This document shows, one piece after another, positions 59,535 to 64,000 of a stretch of 64,000 bases of DNA. The translations under genes and the position numbers were made by a program. This stretch comes from Acidobacteriota bacterium. Its GTDB lineage: Bacteria > Acidobacteriota > UBA6911. The first letter of the stretch is position 1. Each line of letters begins with the position of its first letter. Below the pieces are notes generated by a model. The model was given only the letters and a program-made list of their open reading frames with translations, had not been told where the DNA came from and made no database searches. The DNA lies in contig OY761556.1 in assembly GCA_963664705.1 (NCBI GenBank), positions 4,096,001 through 4,160,000 on the forward strand, given 5' to 3'.

Positions 59535-60877
59535 AAACCTGGACACCCATGATTTGTTCGGAAAACCGAGCGAGGAGTTTCGGGAAAGATCCCGGTAGAA
59601 AAGCTCCGACTTTCGATGCGAGCTGTTGGAGAATACCATAAGAAGAATTGTGATGTTCTTCGTAGTTGATGAGCTATTCGAGAGTATTTTACGCGGGTAG
59701 GCAGGCGGACATTGGATTAATCCCGAAAATGCGCTGAGTCCAGAATACTCCGGACTATGCGAAAACGGATCGAGCGGTCGACAAGCCTTTGAACCAATGC
59801 CGGTTGAGCCGGTCCGCGAATTCACGCATGTGGGTCAGGCTGCCAGCGGCCAGCAGGAATGTGGAACCAAAATGAGATATGGTTTCCCTCCATTCCTTGG
59901 GAACAGCTCCGATGCGATTCAGGATCGGGGCAAGGCGGGCGTCGATGAACCCGGGCTTATCAGAGCGAATCACGCGTCCCGATCGGTCGACCAGATCAAA
60001 ATATTCGGCTGCGGATATGTCGAGGATGCCCCGTCGGCCGGGGGTGGACTGAATCGGAGCCAGCCAGCTGTCGGAAGCAGTTTCAAGTGGAGAATGATCG
60101 AAAGCCGGGTCCGAATCACTGGGTTGAGAGGCTGGTTGCTGGGACAAGGATTGGCGATGCCAGGCGCGGAGACGCTCCTGGATGCTGGCGAAGTCGCTGT
60201 CTTCGGGAGTAGAAGCAATACCGGCCCGGACCAGATTCAAATCAACATAGACCATGCAGGCTGTGATAGCGGGGCCATCCAGGAGTGCCTGGCATTTGAA
60301 GCGGGATTCCCAGAAGCGGCCCTTGACGATATCCTCCTTGTTGGCCTTGCGCGCGATGAATTCATTGAATTTGGACATGAACCAGCTCAAGCTGCCCAAC
60401 CGCTTGCGCAGAACAGCAATACGTTCCGGACAATCGATTAATGCCTGGATCTGTTTATCTAGAGAAGGAATGGGTTGTTTGCAGATGCGAGGTTTCCTGG
60501 GGCAGAGCTCAAGCCAGCGAGCGGCGACATCGGAATCAGACCAGGAGCGAAGAATGTCGGGTCGAGTGCGCAAGATGGAATGCACGTGGTTTTCCATGAT
60601 GGCGTAAGCGCATACGTCGATGGCGAAGATGCCGGCAAGATGTTTCAAACGATCGAGAATCCATTTTTTGCGATGGGAGAAGTCCCGGCCGCTAAGCGGG
60701 TCATATCCGCAAAGATAAGCTCTGCGGACGCATCGGCTGATGCAGTGATAAACACCTTCCTCCCCTTCGATGACATAGTTGTTTCTTGCCAATCCCATGG
60801 TTTGCCTCCTTGCATAGTTACTAATGGCGAACCATGGGAATTGAGCGAAGAAATATTCAAAAATAGTGGGTGTCCAG
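59535..60877 (-). mobile_element. Y1/HUH transposase element bounded by inverted CTGGACACCCA / TGGGTGTCCAG motifs
   Basis: Motif at 59539-59549 and inverted at 60867-60877; identity with the second copy stops exactly at the motif. Confidence 0.75.
59755..60798 (-). CDS. HUH/Y1 tyrosine transposase (IS200-like, RAYT-related)
   Basis: YHCISRCVRRA, AYAIMENHVH (HuH), GRFWESRFK.Q.LLD, YVDLN.VRAG; GGAGG RBS. Confidence 0.92.
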   Translation of the reverse strand: MGLARNNYVIEGEEGVYHCISRCVRRAYLCGYDPLSGRDFSHRKKWILDRLKHLAGIFAIDVCAYAIMENHVHSILRTRPDILRSWSDSDVAARWLELCPRKPRICKQPIPSLDKQIQALIDCPERIAVLRKRLGSLSWFMSKFNEFIARKANKEDIVKGRFWESRFKCQALLDGPAITACMVYVDLNLVRAGIASTPEDSDFASIQERLRAWHRQSLSQQPASQPSDSDPAFDHSPLETASDSWLAPIQSTPGRRGILDISAAEYFDLVDRSGRVIRSDKPGFIDARLAPILNRIGAVPKEWRETISHFGSTFLLAAGSLTHMREFADRLNRHWFKGLSTARSVFA

Positions 60878-60929
60878 TCTCTCAGTCTCTACTAATCGCT
60901 ATGGGAGGCCGGAGATCTTCAAACGGACG

Positions 60930-61315
60930 AAGGCAGCCAGCTTGCCAGCACTGACCTACACATGCTGAACGGCATCAGGGTCAGCATGGATGGCAAGGGC
61001 GCTGGCGCCAAAGTCTTTGCGGAGCGGCATTGGCAGACGATTAAGTATGGGCAGTTATGCCCTCATGATTACAGTTCAAGGGATGACGCAAAATGCATTT
61101 GAATGAGTATCGGGAGTTTTACAATACCATCCGGCCGCATCGGTCTCTTGACACCAGAACCCTAGATGCGGCTTATTCGAGGACGCCGGAGCAGAAAAGC
61201 CTGCGGCATAAACTGAAGCTAAGTGAGACGCCTTGTTTTCGCTCGGCGTCTCACTAATAACCTTGCGGATTACGCTTAATTCCTACAAAAGCTGTCCAAA
61301 CCACCGGAACCACCG
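60930..61315 (+). pseudogene. IS3-family transposase remnant with right end
   Basis: GIRVSMDGKG, FAERHWQTIKY, FYNTIRPHRSL with frameshifts; end gctgtccaaaccaccggaaccacc; start approximate. Confidence 0.78.
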
Positions 61316-61395
61316 TTTATTAGGTGATTCGGATGCACTCGATCGCGTGATACCTACCAATAAAACATCCTTTGGTAGAAGAGTCTGAATTTTAC

Positions 61396-62166
61396 CTAGC
61401 GTTTTTTACGATAAACGGCAACCGTAGTCATGCTAAGACCCAGAAGCAATAATGTCACGCTGGCGGGTTCTGGCACTTCCTTTGACGGTTCGGTGAACCC
61501 AGTTGCCATGGTGATCCAATCGCCTGGTTTAAACGAAGAGCCCGAGACCTGAAACGCAAAATAGCCGGCGGCGGCCCAATATGTAGGATCATACGTTTGA
61601 TGCTGGAAGCAGCCTAGGCTGTATGATGGGGCAAACCCATACAATAATCCGTTAGCTGTGGATACACCGGGATCATAGCATCCTGGTCCTGTTGCCATTC
61701 CTCCACTGGTGATAGCTGAAGCGGGAACATCCAGACCAATGATCGGATTCCAGGCAGCAGCGCCCTGATAATCTTCCACGTAGAGGCTCCCGCCCGCTTC
61801 CACATAAGCGTCTACTTCTGCACCGTGTGTGCCAAGAGCGGCATAGGGGTCCGAGCAACATGTCCCCGGTGAGGCGAAAAACAAGGCGCTGTAATCGCTC
61901 AGGGTTACGCCGTCAAGTGAAGTTACAAAAGCAACCGGCACTCCGCCTGTAGCGTAACCGGCATATGAGAAATCCTTGATTACCAGCACGGGTAATGTCG
62001 AGGTCCCCTGCAGCTGCTTGAAGACCGGGATAGTGTAGGCAGCAATATGATGGTAACTGGCAGCTTCCGATCCGGCTAGGAAAATTGTGCTAGCATAGAT
62101 GGAAGATGCTCCGCAGAGCAACAGTACTGCCATAAAGCAAACTGTAACTGAAGTTATCTTTCGCAT
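61396..62166 (-). CDS. PEP-CTERM sorting domain protein
   Basis: Signal peptide; C-terminal VPEPASVTLLLLGL...YRKKR. Confidence 0.92.
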   Translation of the reverse strand: MRKITSVTVCFMAVLLLCGASSIYASTIFLAGSEAASYHHIAAYTIPVFKQLQGTSTLPVLVIKDFSYAGYATGGVPVAFVTSLDGVTLSDYSALFFASPGTCCSDPYAALGTHGAEVDAYVEAGGSLYVEDYQGAAAWNPIIGLDVPASAITSGGMATGPGCYDPGVSTANGLLYGFAPSYSLGCFQHQTYDPTYWAAAGYFAFQVSGSSFKPGDWITMATGFTEPSKEVPEPASVTLLLLGLSMTTVAVYRKKR

Positions 62167-62286
62167 AGAATTTTGACGTCCTCCCAAAGTTTAACACCGG
62201 CCCGCGTCAATGGCGCGCCAGTGAGATCTTCCAAAAAGGCAGAACATCCTCCCCTTATTTGGATTTTTATTTTTCACGTAACTTCT

Positions 62287-62505
62287 ATGCAATAAATGAT
62301 CCAGTTTTATATGTTGTTTATTTACTTATATTTATTCCCGAACATAAAATGGATCTGTAAGTTTCTCCGACATTTGGTTGCGAAAAATCTACTATGCCCT
62401 TAGGAAAAATATTCAAAAAAAGGCACACTCGTTATGTAAAACCATTACAGTCAATTACTTACAATCCTACGGCCATTGCTGGCAAAGTTGTAAGGAATTC
62501 CGACA
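62287..62505 (-). promoter_or_regulatory. Sigma-54 promoter plus enhancer-like TGT-N11-ACA boxes (PrsR type)
   Basis: Minus strand TGGATCATTTATTGCAT (GG-N10-GC, 62303-62287); tgtaagtttctccgaca 62356-62372; tgtaaggaattccgaca 62489-62505. Confidence 0.75.
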
Positions 62506-62798
62506 AAGTCAAGCTTGACCGACCGTGCGGGATTGTCGATGCAGTTTGGGTGGCAGAAGCTTATGAGAAGCCGATGGCTCGGTTTCCCCGCAATGATACA
62601 GAGAACGGATCCAAATTCCCGGTGACGGTCTGCAACGGACGAGACTGCAAAGCGTTAGATTACGGTGCAATGAACGGGGCGTGTTCCCTTTGCGTAATCA
62701 TGGTGGTTCTCTTTTGTGTTCACAAAATATGTTTTTGGATGGGCATTTCCAGGGATGCTTTCAGGGCTCCGCATAAAACAATGGGTGTCCAGGTTTAC

Positions 62799-63200
62799 GG
62801 AACCGCAATACAGAACCGCAATGTGTTCCGGACAATTGGTTAAGGCCTGGATCTGTTCAGCCCGAGGAGGAAGGGGTTTTTTGCCGATGCAGGATTTTCG
62901 GGGACAAAGCCCAAGCCAGCGAGCGGCGACATCGGAATCAGACCAGGAGCGAAGAATGTCGGGTCGAGTGCGCAAGATGGAATGCACGTGGTTTTCCATG
63001 ATGGCGTAAGCGCATACGTCGATGGCGAAGATGCCGGCAAGATGTTTCAAACGATCGAGAATCCATTTTTTGCGATGGGAGAAGTCCCGGCCGCTAAGCG
63101 GGTCATATCCGCAAAGATAAGCTCTGCGGACGCATCGGCTGATGCAGTGATAAACACCTTCCTCCCCTTCGATGACATAGTTGTTTCTTGCCAATCCCAT
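62799..63200 (-). pseudogene. Truncated second copy of the Y1/HUH transposase (N-terminal third)
   Basis: Same MGLARNNYV...NHVH start; homology lost after CPEHIAVL, lacks the YVDLN catalytic Tyr; ORF runs on into the end motif. Confidence 0.88.
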
Positions 63201-63325
63201 GGTTTGCCTCCTTGCATAGTTACTAATGGCGAACCATGGGAATTGAGCGAAGAAATATTCAAAAATAGTGGGTGTCCAGGTTTACAGTACAGTGGGTGTC
63301 CAGATTTATCTCCAGATTTACAGAT

Positions 63326-64000
63326 TTATCTTCGTTCGGCAAAAGGATCAGTGCCATTCCATTTGCCACCGCCGGAGATAACTGTATAGAGCGCATCGTA
63401 ATGCATGGTTTCAAAAATGGTAAACTCGTTGAAGGATATCATCTCCCTGTCATCCACATACTGGCGTTCCTTGGACAATGCGGTTACGGGAGGTATAACC
63501 GCCAATCCGCGGTTCCATCCGGTAACGCCCGGGCCAAAAACCGTAATGCCGGGTCTGGGCCCTTGTCCGAGCGACATCGTATAGGCACTTTCGCGGTCGT
63601 GGATATTGTGGACCTGATGAAATCCCAGCCCGGTAACATAACTGATGCCCAGGGGATTCAATCCCAATTTATAATCCATTAATTCCGAAGCTGCATCAAA
63701 ATATCTTTGATCGCCGGATAGCATCCATTGCAGCAAAGAAGCCGCAGCATATTGCGGCTGCCGCACATTGTGCCCCCACGCCTTTCCATCTGGATTATTT
63801 CCGATCGGATAGGCATGCCGACGCAATTCCTCGATATTGGCATCGGCTGCATCCTTGATCGCCTTTTTAAAATAATTGACGATCTCCGGATCGGTCGCGG
63901 TTTTCTTCTCCACGATATAGGAAAGGATATACGCGGGATTGTCAAACTTGGCATCGTTTAAGGAATATCCCGGCGTCTCATACAGATTATCCTTCAAGCC
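63326..64000 (-). CDS. Glycoside hydrolase family 9-like protein, C-terminal part (5' partial)
   Basis: DY.LG.NP...SYVTG.G, H.R, YVDD......NE.TI. Confidence 0.8.
   Translation of the reverse strand, partial: GLKDNLYETPGYSLNDAKFDNPAYILSYIVEKKTATDPEIVNYFKKAIKDAADANIEELRRHAYPIGNNPDGKAWGHNVRQPQYAAASLLQWMLSGDQRYFDAASELMDYKLGLNPLGISYVTGLGFHQVHNIHDRESAYTMSLGQGPRPGITVFGPGVTGWNRGLAVIPPVTALSKERQYVDDREMISFNEFTIFETMHYDALYTVISGGGKWNGTDPFAERR

Overview
This window looks like an Acidobacteriota chromosome segment, an inference from two VWFA-related Acidobacterial-type VWA proteins, a TonB-type receptor tail and TPR/carboxypeptidase-regulatory proteins. It has three zones. (1) About 1-37.8 kb is an accessory patchwork 3' of tRNA-Phe: secreted repeat proteins, glycosyltransferases, two PilZ proteins, an HDOD/PAS two-component pair, URO-D/MFS genes, a GH25-like gene next to a deacetylase-caspase-TPR fusion, an atypical radical SAM protein, a heme-oxygenase-like diiron enzyme and a 1.7 kb att-bounded islet. 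(2) About 38-59.4 kb is housekeeping (iscS, rnd, dtd, DinG-type helicase, RluA family, ttcA, tRNA-Thr). (3) 59.5-64 kb is a second accessory zone 3' of tRNA-Thr with an HUH/Y1 (RAYT-like) transposase, a truncated second copy, an IS3 remnant and a PEP-CTERM gene with a sigma-54/enhancer region. The most unusual signals are non-coding. A TGGGTGTCCAG terminal motif bounds the Y1 elements and is followed by short iterated copies of the junction sequence at three loci. Modular REP/heptamer composite elements share a terminus, and one carries a possible IS110-end insertion. An inverted heptamer pair brackets dtd together with its promoter. All calls come from motif reading by eye; no searches were run.
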